Of a stretch of DNA of 64,000 bases, positions 43,971-52,922 are shown in pieces; the stretch's first letter is position 1; each line of letters starts with the position of its first letter. Source of the stretch: Mycobacteriales bacterium (GTDB lineage Bacteria > Actinomycetota > Actinomycetes > Mycobacteriales > QHCE01); contig JABFVL010000032.1 of the NCBI GenBank assembly GCA_013362805.1, positions 22,050-86,049 on the forward strand, read 5' to 3'. Under the pieces are notes generated by a model that was not told the DNA's origin, did no database searches, and was given only the letters and a program-made list of their open reading frames with translations. A program made the translations under genes and the position numbers.

Positions 43971-44189
43971 GGTGAATATAAACAATTAGCTCTGCTTTAA
44001 TTACACAGTGTGCTGAATTTGGCATGATCTCGCCAAGTTGGCAACAATTTCTGACAAACATTGTGTAAAACAAACAATGTGGACTGTCTATTTAGGCTAA
44101 TAGTGAGTTGATCCGCAAATTTGGCATCGGGGTAGACAATTGATTCATGCCCCGCGCATAATGCATGTAGCGTGATCACCATCACACGC

Positions 44190-44445
44190 TTCCCGTAACC
44201 GGTGCCCTCCGGTTGTGGGAGTGGGCTCGGGACTCTAGCCGGAAGTCCCTCCAAGCACAGTGGATTGTGGACTCCCAGCCACGTTCCACCGCTTGGCCGG
44301 CGTTGTCACGAGCACGGTCGCTTGCTGTCCCATCAAGACCCGGTCCCCAATCGATGGCTTGCACCGCACGGTTCGGGCCCGACGTTGCTGAACTAGTCAC
44401 GTCGGGCCGCTCCGCACCACGATCGTAATCCCGAACGATCGGAGC
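44190..44445 (+). ncRNA. putative multi-hairpin structured RNA or leader
   Basis: About 7 adjacent stem-loops (see findings); candidate -10 TAGCGT at 44168-44173. Confidence 0.55.
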
Positions 44446-44454
44446 TGAGACTTA

Positions 44455-45060
44455 ATGCTTGCCCGCAGTTACCGCCTCAAACGAGCCGCTCTCCATTACG
44501 CCGCACATGGCTGGCCAGTCGCCCCGGCCATCAACTACGCGCGTAAAAGTTGGCCCCGCTCTCCACTCACTTGCGCTTGTGTCAAAGCAAAAGAATGCGC
44601 GCAGCCTGGGGCCCACCCCCTGGATTCAGACTGGCAAGACACCATCACCACCGATAGCGCGCAAATCCAGCGCTGGTGGTCAACCCAAAGCAGCCCTAAC
44701 GTTCTCCTCGCGCCAGGAGAAGCCTTCGAAGCGTGGCTCGCGCCGCCTGTTCTTGGTGAACAAGCCGCGGCGATGCTGGCTCAAGACAGAATCATGGTCC
44801 CAGTCGTGCGGTCCGCTGACGGCAGCTGGATTTTTCTTACTCAGCCGGCGGCAGCGAATGCGAGCTTGAGCCATATCGGCGTTCAGCGCCTGACCGCGGG
44901 CAGTTATCTGGCCGCTCCGCCCTCGTGGCATGGAGCGGGACGTAGCGACCGATGGATCGCGCATCCCGAAGTCGACGCATTGTGTGCGTGGGAGCCGGTG
45001 GCCCTCTTGCTTCTTGAGGCCGCGCGTCGCACCAGCCCACGGCCTGACGTCGGCAACTAG
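44455..45060 (+). CDS. bifunctional primase/polymerase (Prim-Pol) family protein, probably catalytically degenerate
   Basis: AALHYAAHGWPV.P, CAC-x4-C-x2-PGAHP, TTD..QI.RWW, PNV, YLAAPPS. Confidence 0.85.
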   Translation: MLARSYRLKRAALHYAAHGWPVAPAINYARKSWPRSPLTCACVKAKECAQPGAHPLDSDWQDTITTDSAQIQRWWSTQSSPNVLLAPGEAFEAWLAPPVLGEQAAAMLAQDRIMVPVVRSADGSWIFLTQPAAANASLSHIGVQRLTAGSYLAAPPSWHGAGRSDRWIAHPEVDALCAWEPVALLLLEAARRTSPRPDVGN

Positions 45061-45175
45061 CCGCGCATTAGTGATACTCAGTTGGCGCCAGCGCGTCGGA
45101 TCGCTAGCCTAGAGGAGTTGCCGTCACAGCTCGTGGCGGCGCGTCCATGTATGTAGCTGAGAAGAGGGCAGTACG

Positions 45176-45568
45176 GTGCCGAGTGGCCGGGTGAAGTGGT
45201 ACGACGTCGAAAAAGGGTTTGGGTTTCTTTCCCGTGACGACGGGCCGGATGTCTTCGTGCACAAGGGTGCTTTGCCTAACAATGTGAGCGAGCTTGCGCC
45301 AGGCACCCGGGTGGAGTTTGGCATCGTTGCCGGTCGCAAGGGCGATCAAGCACTGTCAGTGCGAGTGCTGGATCCTTTGCCCTCACTGGCGGCAGCCGCC
45401 GCACCACGTCGATCCGCCGACGAGCTTCACGGGCTCGTTGAGGACATGATCAAGGTGTTGGAAGCCAAGGTGCAACCCGATCTACGGAAGGGTCGCTACC
45501 CGGACCGTCGTTCCGCGCGAAAGATCGCCGAATTGGTACATGCCGTCGCGCGCGAGCTTGAGGCCTAA
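45176..45568 (+). CDS. cold-shock domain protein (CspB-like)
   Basis: [23 protein letters not shown]-terminal helical extension. Confidence 0.92.
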   Translation: MPSGRVKWYDVEKGFGFLSRDDGPDVFVHKGALPNNVSELAPGTRVEFGIVAGRKGDQALSVRVLDPLPSLAAAAAPRRSADELHGLVEDMIKVLEAKVQPDLRKGRYPDRRSARKIAELVHAVARELEA

Positions 45569-46053
45569 ATCTCGCTATTCACCAGCAAGAACTGCCAGAT
45601 CCCCGTGTTGGTGTCGCCTTCACCCAAGGCGATGACTTGCACGGGGATCATTGGTGTGGATTCAAACTGGGGCACGGTGAAAGAAAAGTAGGTGCTGTCT
45701 TCTTGCACTGGCCCGCGCTGAAATTGAGGTTCGTTTTCTTCTTTTTCTTCCCCCGCTGGTTCAGTGGCGACAGCCACATACCAGCCCTTATCAGCGACTT
45801 CTTTGGGCACTTCTACGCTAACTTGCTCGCCACCGCGCACTTTGACCCGTGGAGTCTTGATTTGCCGCTCGGAGCATGAACCTGGCCCGGTGTACACGTC
45901 ATCGCCAAAGCACCAGATGGTGGCCTCGGCGTTCACGTATTTCCCGCCGGCGACGATTCCAGCGACCGGAGTGGGTTTATCGCATGCGGTGAGCGCACCC
46001 AGGGCAACAAGACCGAGGGCGGCGAAACTGAGTCGGAGACGGCGAGAGAACAT
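45565..46053 (-). CDS. lipoprotein (DUF2771-like)
   Basis: Lipobox [14 protein letters not shown]; gene order matches Rv0875c. Confidence 0.65.
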   Translation of the reverse strand: MFSRRLRLSFAALGLVALGALTACDKPTPVAGIVAGGKYVNAEATIWCFGDDVYTGPGSCSERQIKTPRVKVRGGEQVSVEVPKEVADKGWYVAVATEPAGEEKEENEPQFQRGPVQEDSTYFSFTVPQFESTPMIPVQVIALGEGDTNTGIWQFLLVNSEI

Positions 46054-46141
46054 CGCGCTCAGATTACCCGCCCACTTTTTATGTCCCATGTCAAGGGGGA
46101 GCGGGGCGGCCGGTACGGAGGCAATGAGTAAAAATGGTGGG

Positions 46142-46915
46142 GTGAGCACTTCAACGTCCACGCGCAAGAGCCGGCCCGCTATTCGTCTAGATGCTGTCTG
46201 TGCGGCCGCGATCGCTGTTGCTCGCGATGCATTGACCGAATTTACCGATGTCGACAATGTCGGCAGCCACATCGCCACCCGTGCGGAGGCTGAACGTGTG
46301 GTGACCCACATGTTTGAGGCCTATGAGCCGGGCTACCGCGGTTGGTATTGGAGTGTCACCGTGATGCGGGCCCCACGGGCCAAACAGGTGAGCGTTGCTG
46401 AAATCGCATTGCTCCCCGGTTCAGAATCTTTGCTGCCGCCGGAGTGGCTGCCCTGGAGTGAGCGCCTTCGACCTGGCGATCTGGGCGTGGGCGATGTTTT
46501 GCCGACCGATGTTGACGATGAGCGCCTTGTTCCCACATACGTACTTTCTGATGATCCAGCTGTCGCCGAGGTCGAGTATGAACTCGGGCTAGGTCGGGCC
46601 CGCGTAATGAGCCGGACTGGCCGGCAGCAGACCGCTAAGCGCTGGTGGGAATCGGATGCTGGCCCACATGCCGCTGTTGCCCGAGTGGCTCCCGCGAATT
46701 GTGGGACTTGTGGTTTCTTCCTGCCGCTAGCGGGCTCAATGGGTGGGGCGTTTGGGGCTTGCGGGAATGTTATGGCCCCGGACGATGGGAAAGTAGTTGC
46801 CGTCGAACACGGATGTGGTGCGCATTCAGAGGCTTTGCCGGCGGCGGGCGTCGTGCCGGACGCTATAGACGAGCCCGATGAGCCCGAGGGCGGCCCCCAC
46901 GAGGCTCGTCCATAG
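46142..46915 (+). CDS. DUF3027 domain protein
   Basis: PGYRGWYW, W.PWSERL.PGDLG, C.TCGF, GCGAHS. Confidence 0.92.
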   Translation: MSTSTSTRKSRPAIRLDAVCAAAIAVARDALTEFTDVDNVGSHIATRAEAERVVTHMFEAYEPGYRGWYWSVTVMRAPRAKQVSVAEIALLPGSESLLPPEWLPWSERLRPGDLGVGDVLPTDVDDERLVPTYVLSDDPAVAEVEYELGLGRARVMSRTGRQQTAKRWWESDAGPHAAVARVAPANCGTCGFFLPLAGSMGGAFGACGNVMAPDDGKVVAVEHGCGAHSEALPAAGVVPDAIDEPDEPEGGPHEARP

Positions 46916-47065
46916 CCACCAGAGCGCGTCATGTTCCCGGAGCCAATCGAGCGAAAGAAGCAAGCCAAGTGTTGCTAGTAGCCACAGCGCGGTGCCGATA
47001 AGCGCCACTGGTGTCAGGGGGGCTTCCAGCGGAGCTGGCACCTTTCGCGCTGGTCTGCGGCTCAT
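46826..47065 (-). CDS. DUF2530-like small membrane protein
   Basis: GTALW...WWLWT...G..LG; two TM segments. Confidence 0.75.
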   Translation of the reverse strand: MSRRPARKVPAPLEAPLTPVALIGTALWLLATLGLLLSLDWLREHDALWWLWTSLVGAALGLIGLVYSVRHDARRRQSL

Positions 47066-47142
47066 AACGCGAGTTTAGTGCCATTGGTGTGCTGGTCGTG
47101 ACGGCTGGGTATCGTTGGGTGTGGACGAAAGGGGCTTAGGCG

Positions 47143-47607
47143 ATGGCGCGTGAAGATGATCCGGTCGACGCCCTCGTGGCGCGCGTTGAGTCCGCCCGAG
47201 ACTCTCAGAGTGATCGGGTGTTTGAGCCTTGGCTGCCTTATACGGTTCTCATTCCAGGGGCGGTTGCCGAAGGCGCGCCCGTAGATGTCGAACCAGACGA
47301 AGAGCCTGTTGAGAACGATTATTCTGGCTGGGCGCTCACATTGGATACGCCTGGTGCCGAGCCCGAACCCGAGTCTGAGCCCGCCCCGGGCACGGTCGCT
47401 CCGGGCGGTTTTCAAATCAATCCGGATGCTGATTTGCCGGAGTGGCTACGAGTCCAGCAGGAGCAAGCTCGCGCCGCTGCCATGAACGCCGTCGCACAGG
47501 TTTCCTCGATGCCTGTTTCCGCGCCAGCGTTGCCGATGGTCGCTGGCGATGTTTCCCGGGCCGCCGGGCGAGTGAGTGTGCCGCGTCCTGACGAAATTAG
47601 CGAGTAG
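47143..47607 (+). CDS. acidic Pro-rich hypothetical protein
   Basis: AAGGGG RBS; 154-aa ORF ending 9 nt before the next gene. Confidence 0.6.
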   Translation: MAREDDPVDALVARVESARDSQSDRVFEPWLPYTVLIPGAVAEGAPVDVEPDEEPVENDYSGWALTLDTPGAEPEPESEPAPGTVAPGGFQINPDADLPEWLRVQQEQARAAAMNAVAQVSSMPVSAPALPMVAGDVSRAAGRVSVPRPDEISE

Positions 47608-47616
47608 GGGCTCACT

Positions 47617-48231
47617 GTGGCGACGATGATTCTGCCCGTGGGGCACTATCTGGGGCAGTATTACTCTTCGGCGACGCTTGAGCCGGACTCTTTTGACGTT
47701 CGTGTTGGCGACGATGTTCATAATCTTTCAGCCGATGAATATACGGTTTGGTCGATCGCGCATGGGTTTCCCGAAATGATCGGGGATCGTCGCCCTTCGC
47801 GTCCGATTGTCGAGGCTCAGGCGACGCAGTTGGGTATTGAGGATTCGCCGGTTGTTTTCCAGCGTTTGGTGAACTCGGGCCTGGTTGCCGCTTTGACGAT
47901 GCGTAGTCAAATGTTTGATTTCGCCGAAGAACACCGGGCGTATCCATCCGCCGTGTGTTTGGGCAACACCGCGCAGGACGTCGAAAGCTATGTTCTGGGC
48001 AGGGCGCAGACGCCACTGGCAACGGTCACGCAGGATGTTTTCTTCGTGTGGAGCTATTTGCCGCGCTTTGAATCGTTGCGTGATGCGGCTGATGAGGTCG
48101 CCGCGGACTATGCCGCTAATGGGTCTGAACAGGACTCGGAAAACTTTAGTTCTGATGTTATTTTGTGGTCCTTCTTCCAGGCCCTACCCACGCTGGTTGC
48201 CACGAGTTGTGTGTTCATCGACCAGGTGTGA
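47617..48231 (+). CDS. hypothetical protein, paralog of 50308-50955
   Basis: Shared PVGH, LSAxEYxVWxxAHG, LGNTxQ, TSCVxID. Confidence 0.8.
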   Translation: MATMILPVGHYLGQYYSSATLEPDSFDVRVGDDVHNLSADEYTVWSIAHGFPEMIGDRRPSRPIVEAQATQLGIEDSPVVFQRLVNSGLVAALTMRSQMFDFAEEHRAYPSAVCLGNTAQDVESYVLGRAQTPLATVTQDVFFVWSYLPRFESLRDAADEVAADYAANGSEQDSENFSSDVILWSFFQALPTLVATSCVFIDQV

Positions 48232-48340
48232 CGGTCGGTTTCGTTGCATTAGCCCCAGGCTAGCCCCCTTGCCACGCCTGTGTTCTCAAATGCCAGTTTT
48301 ATGTGTGGAGTAGTTCACTTAACGTGGTCGTTTCCTAAAC

Positions 48341-48359
48341 TAATTAGCTAAGCTAACTA
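48341..48359. promoter_or_regulatory. candidate MarR operator
   Basis: Near-palindrome TAATTAGC-taa-GCTAACTA immediately before the marR start. Confidence 0.7.
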
Positions 48360-48361
48360 TC

Positions 48362-48799
48362 GTGCGCCCCACGAAAGTTCCCGCGACCGCGACCTTGGCC
48401 GCTCAACTGCGTGAATCTGTCACGCGGTTCAACAGACGAATGCGTCGCGAGCGCGGAGAAAGTGACCTGTCGTTGAGCCAAACCTCAGCGCTGGCGACTT
48501 TGGTTACTCAAGGCCCGAAGACTCCGAGTGAATTGGCGGCTTGCGAGCGTGTCAAGCCACCGAGTATGACCCGCATCATTGCTGTTCTTGAGGCGCACGG
48601 TTTGACCAGCAGGGCTCAGCACCCCACAGACAAACGTCAAGTGATCGTTTCCGCCACCCCAGCGGGCAAGGAGTTGGTGAAGGAGAACCGACGTTTGCGG
48701 GAGGCCTGGCTAGCGCGCCAACTCGCGCTGCTGAGCAAAGAACAACGTGAAACCTTGACGGCCGCGGCGCGGATCTTGGATGACCTATCTGCGACATGA
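48362..48799 (+). CDS. MarR-family regulator (Rv0880-like)
   Basis: TPSELA..ERVKPPSMTR, HPTDKRQ. Confidence 0.92.
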   Translation: MRPTKVPATATLAAQLRESVTRFNRRMRRERGESDLSLSQTSALATLVTQGPKTPSELAACERVKPPSMTRIIAVLEAHGLTSRAQHPTDKRQVIVSATPAGKELVKENRRLREAWLARQLALLSKEQRETLTAAARILDDLSAT

Positions 48800-48829
48800 G
48801 CCCGGTATGAACACGGAAAGAAGGAGGTT

Positions 48830-50143
48830 ATGGCGACACTCTCCACAATGTTCGCGTCCTTAACAAACCGCAACTATCGGCTTTTCTTTTTCGGACAACT
48901 TATTTCGCTCACCGGTTCTTGGGCACAAATCGTTGCGCAGGACTGGCTCGTTCTGGATATTACGAATAACTCGGCATCAGCGCTGGCAACGGTCACCGCG
49001 CTTCAATTCGCTCCAACAATTTTGTTTACGCTTTACGCGGGCCTTTTGGCTGACCGGCTCGATAAGCGAAAAATGCTCATTGTCATTATGGCGACGATGG
49101 CGACAGCCGCGATCATTATGGGCGTGCTGGTTATTTCTGGTCATATCGCCCTTTGGCACGTATTCATATTCGCAACCATTACCGGTGTTGGTAATGCTTT
49201 TGAGAAACCGATCCGGCAGGTGTTTGTCCCCGAGCTGGTCGAACCGAAACAACTGATTAATGCCCTGTCGTTGAACTCAGCGGTTTTCAACTCCGCTCGC
49301 TTGATTGGCCCGGCACTTGGCGGCTTGCTTATCGCCGTGGCTGGTACAGGGTGGGCGTTTGTCGTGAACGGGGTTGCCTACATTCCAGTAGTCATCTCCA
49401 TGTTCGTCATGCGCATGAGCGAAATGAATCCACACCCTCGTACTGAACGCGCGCGCGGCCAGCTCATGGTAGGTCTGCGATTTTTGCGGGGTAGACCTGA
49501 TTTGCTGCTCGTGATGTCAATGGGTGCGGTCATGGGCGCGCTGGCTCTGAATATTAACCAGTTGTTGTCACTGCGTGCCCGGGTGGATCTCGGGGTGAGC
49601 GCGGCGCACTTGGGCTTGTTGTCTAGCGCGTTGGCAGTGGGCGCTTTGATGGGTGCGCTCCTAGGCGCTAAATCAAAAGGCAGTCCTCGGCCGGGTGTGC
49701 AACTTGGATGCGCCGCCGGTTTTGGTGCGACCGCAGTTTTGTTGGCTCTCGCGCCAAACGCGTTCGCGACGGCGATTGTGTTGGTGCCAATGGGAGCTTT
49801 TCTGATTGGGCACAACACGGTCGCTAACGCTCGAATGCAATTGGGTACTCCCGCCGAACTTCGGGGTCGAGTGATGTCCGTTTACATGTTGGTGTTTTTC
49901 GGCGGAACGCCATTGGGTGCATTGGTTTTGGGGGGAGTCGCGACTGCTACTAGTGTGCAATTCTCTCTCATTCTTTTGGGCATTTCTGTCATTGGAGCGT
50001 CAGCAATTTTCGCTGCCGCGCGGGCATATCGACACGGGGCGCGTATTTGGTTGGGTAGAGAACCGCATCTGCACCTTCATATTGAGCGGCCAAAATATGA
50101 CACAGTCCGCATTCCAGTCACCTTTCCCAGAGTTGCGCGATAA
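48830..50143 (+). CDS. MFS transporter
   Basis: NRNYRLFF.GQ, GLLADRLDKR, NSARLIGPA, LRGRVMS. Confidence 0.92.
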   Translation: MATLSTMFASLTNRNYRLFFFGQLISLTGSWAQIVAQDWLVLDITNNSASALATVTALQFAPTILFTLYAGLLADRLDKRKMLIVIMATMATAAIIMGVLVISGHIALWHVFIFATITGVGNAFEKPIRQVFVPELVEPKQLINALSLNSAVFNSARLIGPALGGLLIAVAGTGWAFVVNGVAYIPVVISMFVMRMSEMNPHPRTERARGQLMVGLRFLRGRPDLLLVMSMGAVMGALALNINQLLSLRARVDLGVSAAHLGLLSSALAVGALMGALLGAKSKGSPRPGVQLGCAAGFGATAVLLALAPNAFATAIVLVPMGAFLIGHNTVANARMQLGTPAELRGRVMSVYMLVFFGGTPLGALVLGGVATATSVQFSLILLGISVIGASAIFAAARAYRHGARIWLGREPHLHLHIERPKYDTVRIPVTFPRVAR

Positions 50144-50307
50144 GCGAACTTTCTTGGAGATATTGCGACAGGAGGTAGCCTGATGACGCAGTGTTCAGCG
50201 TGCGCATTTCACATTCCACGTGCGGATCGCGGGGTAATGCTGCAAGCCCTATGTGTCATCGGTAGTGTCGGTGGCGGTCCAGTTGATCAACACAGGAGGT
50301 CGGCACG

Positions 50308-50955
50308 GTGGTTGCCCTCGTCATTCCTGTCGGGCATTTCGCCGGCCCGATGTTTACCTCTCCTGAGGCGGAAGCCCCAGAGTCCTTCGAAATTCGGTTC
50401 CGCGACGGCGTCTTCTCGCTTAGCGCTCAAGAATATGCCGTGTGGGCAGTCGCGCACGGCGACCCAGAAAAAGTGGGCCAACGCAGCCAAAGCCGTACCG
50501 TGGTCGAAGCCGCCGCCAAAGATGCCGGCGTCGATGACCCAGGTCCGATCTTCGACTCGCTCGTCAACGATGGCCTGCTCACCCAAGTCATGCCAAAAGG
50601 TGAGGCCGCTCGTGAATTCGCGCGTAACCACCAGATCATGCCGCTAGCCCTTGGTTTGGGTAACACGCCACAACAGCTCGGCGCGTTCCAGATCGGCATG
50701 CCGAACTCCGCACGTGCCACCGTCGGCTACGACGTTTACCACATGTGGTTGTTCTGTCACCGCGAAGAAAACTTGTGGAAGGCGGTCACCACGATCGCCA
50801 AAGAAGCCGAGGAAGCTAACGCTGAAGAAGCCGCCTCTGATCGGGACGACAAGATTGAACTCATCTCAGATCCAGATGTTCTACTCACCGGACTTCTGGA
50901 AGCGATGCCAGTTCTCATCTCAACGAGCTGTGTATATATTGACCGGCGGTCATAA
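50308..50955 (+). CDS. hypothetical protein, paralog of 47617-48231
   Basis: AGGAGG RBS; motifs shared with the paralog. Confidence 0.82.
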   Translation: MVALVIPVGHFAGPMFTSPEAEAPESFEIRFRDGVFSLSAQEYAVWAVAHGDPEKVGQRSQSRTVVEAAAKDAGVDDPGPIFDSLVNDGLLTQVMPKGEAAREFARNHQIMPLALGLGNTPQQLGAFQIGMPNSARATVGYDVYHMWLFCHREENLWKAVTTIAKEAEEANAEEAASDRDDKIELISDPDVLLTGLLEAMPVLISTSCVYIDRRS

Positions 50956-50971
50956 AACCCAGTGAAACTGC

Positions 50972-51009
50972 ACAATGCCCGCTTGGAAGACTTTCCAAGC
51001 GGGCATTGT
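50972..51009 (+). terminator. intrinsic terminator
   Basis: ACAATGCCCGCTTGGAA...TTCCAAGCGGGCATTGT. Confidence 0.85.
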
Positions 51010-51084
51010 TATGTATCTCGCTTTGATAAATCTAGTTCCATAAAAAAGCAGAATCACCCCCTTCGGCATGGCAGGCTGTTATCT

Positions 51085-51879
51085 GTGAGTGACATGTTTG
51101 GCGACGTACAGCAACTACTTGCTGATCGCGTGGCTATCGAACTCGACCCGAGCTGGTCCATCGGCGGTGCTTTGACCGCTGGATACTTGCAATCCCTCTC
51201 AGCTGAAGCGGGGCTGCGAACGAGCCAACATCCGCACCCGATTGCCACAACCACAGATTTTCTTCAACCGGCGAGTCCAGGCCCGGCCACATTTAGCGTG
51301 GAACTATTAAAGAGCGGCAAAACGCTAGACCGGCTTCGCGTCACCATGATTCAAGACGATGAACCGGTGCTGATCACCTCGCTCGTTACCAGCGTTATTG
51401 ACGAATCTCCGTCAGACGTCGATATGTCGCGCCCCATCGAGCTGCCACCACCAGACCGATGCACCCGCATCGAGAGCACAACATTGCGCGATCGCCACCT
51501 AGGTGTGCTTGACCACGTCGATCTGCGATTGGCTCCTGAGTGCATTAGCGTTTTGCGAGGCGGTGCCGACGGTAGCTTTACCATTCGCGGGTGGGTCAAT
51601 ATGGCTGACGGCCGGGACTTTGACACGCCAACCCTGATCCGCATCCTCGACGCGTTTCCGCCAGCGACCTACACGATCGGTCGCTTTGGCTGGGCACCCA
51701 CCATTCAGCGCACTACCTATCTGCGGAACTTGCCCACCCAAGGTTGGCTACGGGCCGAGCGCTGCGGGCGAGTACTCGCTGGCGATGTGCTCGATGAAGA
51801 GTGCATCATGCGAGATTCCGCTGGCGTAGTGATCGCCCAAACCCATCAACTCATAAAGATGCCGCGCAAGATGAAATAG
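51085..51879 (+). CDS. hotdog-fold acyl-CoA thioesterase family protein
   Basis: W..GG....GY, HP.A....FL, DAFPP, WAPTI, DEEC..RDS.G..IAQ. Confidence 0.85.
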   Translation: MSDMFGDVQQLLADRVAIELDPSWSIGGALTAGYLQSLSAEAGLRTSQHPHPIATTTDFLQPASPGPATFSVELLKSGKTLDRLRVTMIQDDEPVLITSLVTSVIDESPSDVDMSRPIELPPPDRCTRIESTTLRDRHLGVLDHVDLRLAPECISVLRGGADGSFTIRGWVNMADGRDFDTPTLIRILDAFPPATYTIGRFGWAPTIQRTTYLRNLPTQGWLRAERCGRVLAGDVLDEECIMRDSAGVVIAQTHQLIKMPRKMK

Positions 51880-51884
51880 CGGAT

Positions 51885-52922
51885 TTAGTCTGATCCGCCG
51901 AACAAGATGTCATCCCACGATGGCAATTCGGCTTTGCGTGCGCCAGCCACCACAGGCTCGTCCTGGGGCAGATCTAGGATGCTCGGTGCGGTACGACGTC
52001 TCGGTTCCTCTGCGGCGCGAGCAGGAGGCATCTCAGCCGGCCTAGCTGGCTCAGGTCGCAGCGGCTCCGCGCTGGGTACATTTATTGGGTTCGCTGGCCG
52101 GGGCGGCCCGAACACCTGAGGCAACACTGGTGGCTGACTCACTCCGGGCGCGGTGCGCGTGAGCGAGTTCGGGCTGACCGGAGTGGCGGGCAGCAAATGT
52201 GTGGTGGTCGCGTCTTCACCGCGTTCTCGTCGCAAAACTGAGAGTGCCGGCACGACGGGACCTTCGCGGTGTTCGGCGTCTTCATCATCGGTGAAGATGC
52301 GCGTGGTCGCGATTTTTTGTCGATTGGTGGGTGGCGGCTCATCGAGTGCGAGCAGGGTTTGCTGATCGTTCGTCAGGAACGAGGCCATCTCGTCCATGGG
52401 CGTGACAATAGAGCGCGCCTTGTCCAGATCCCAGATCGCCTTTGAGGTGCCCTTACCGGACTGCCAGGCGGCAACGATGCGCCACGCGCCGTTTTCTCGT
52501 CGGTAAGCGTCCCAGGCGACGTTCTCTGGGTCCACATTGTGTTCACGAAGCCGGGAGTCTGCCACATCGCCGAGAGTACCGCCGTTATCGGATGATTTCA
52601 GACGGGTTCGCCGGGAAAGTTGAACCATTGCGGCGCGTTCCTGCAAAACGGGCCCAGCGAAACGCAAAACTTTCTCGACCGGCACATTCGCGACGCGCGC
52701 TACCTCAGCTACCGAATCGCCGGAACGAATGCGGGCTTGAATATCGCGTGGAGTAAGTGAGGCTTCCACCTCAATAGAAAGTTGTGAACTCGTTGTCTGT
52801 TCTTTTTGGACTGCTTGCACCAATGCGTCATTAATAGGCAAGGAGAGCATGCGCCCGACATCATCGGTGAGGATCAGATCGGCGCCATCCTCGGAGAGCG
52901 CAACAAAACGAACGGGCCGCAT
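51885..52922 (-). CDS. sepH: septation protein SepH (DUF3071)
   Basis: LTPRDIQARIRSG, RFAGPVLQER, WDAYR, C-terminal PSWDDILFG. Confidence 0.93.
   Translation of the reverse strand: MRPVRFVALSEDGADLILTDDVGRMLSLPINDALVQAVQKEQTTSSQLSIEVEASLTPRDIQARIRSGDSVAEVARVANVPVEKVLRFAGPVLQERAAMVQLSRRTRLKSSDNGGTLGDVADSRLREHNVDPENVAWDAYRRENGAWRIVAAWQSGKGTSKAIWDLDKARSIVTPMDEMASFLTNDQQTLLALDEPPPTNRQKIATTRIFTDDEDAEHREGPVVPALSVLRRERGEDATTTHLLPATPVSPNSLTRTAPGVSQPPVLPQVFGPPRPANPINVPSAEPLRPEPARPAEMPPARAAEEPRRRTAPSILDLPQDEPVVAGARKAELPSWDDILFGGSD

Noticed and set aside
44182-44428. Small ORFs (44202-44396, 44213-44428, 44182-44400) in the hairpin region
   Set aside because: No RBS or recognisable motif, and dense base-pairing explains the region better. 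Translation is not formally excluded.
50168-50647. ORF 50183-50647 with an AGGAGG RBS and an N-terminal CxxC
   Set aside because: It overlaps the well-supported 50308 gene out of frame for ~340 nt and has no recognisable family. Probably a remnant or chance.
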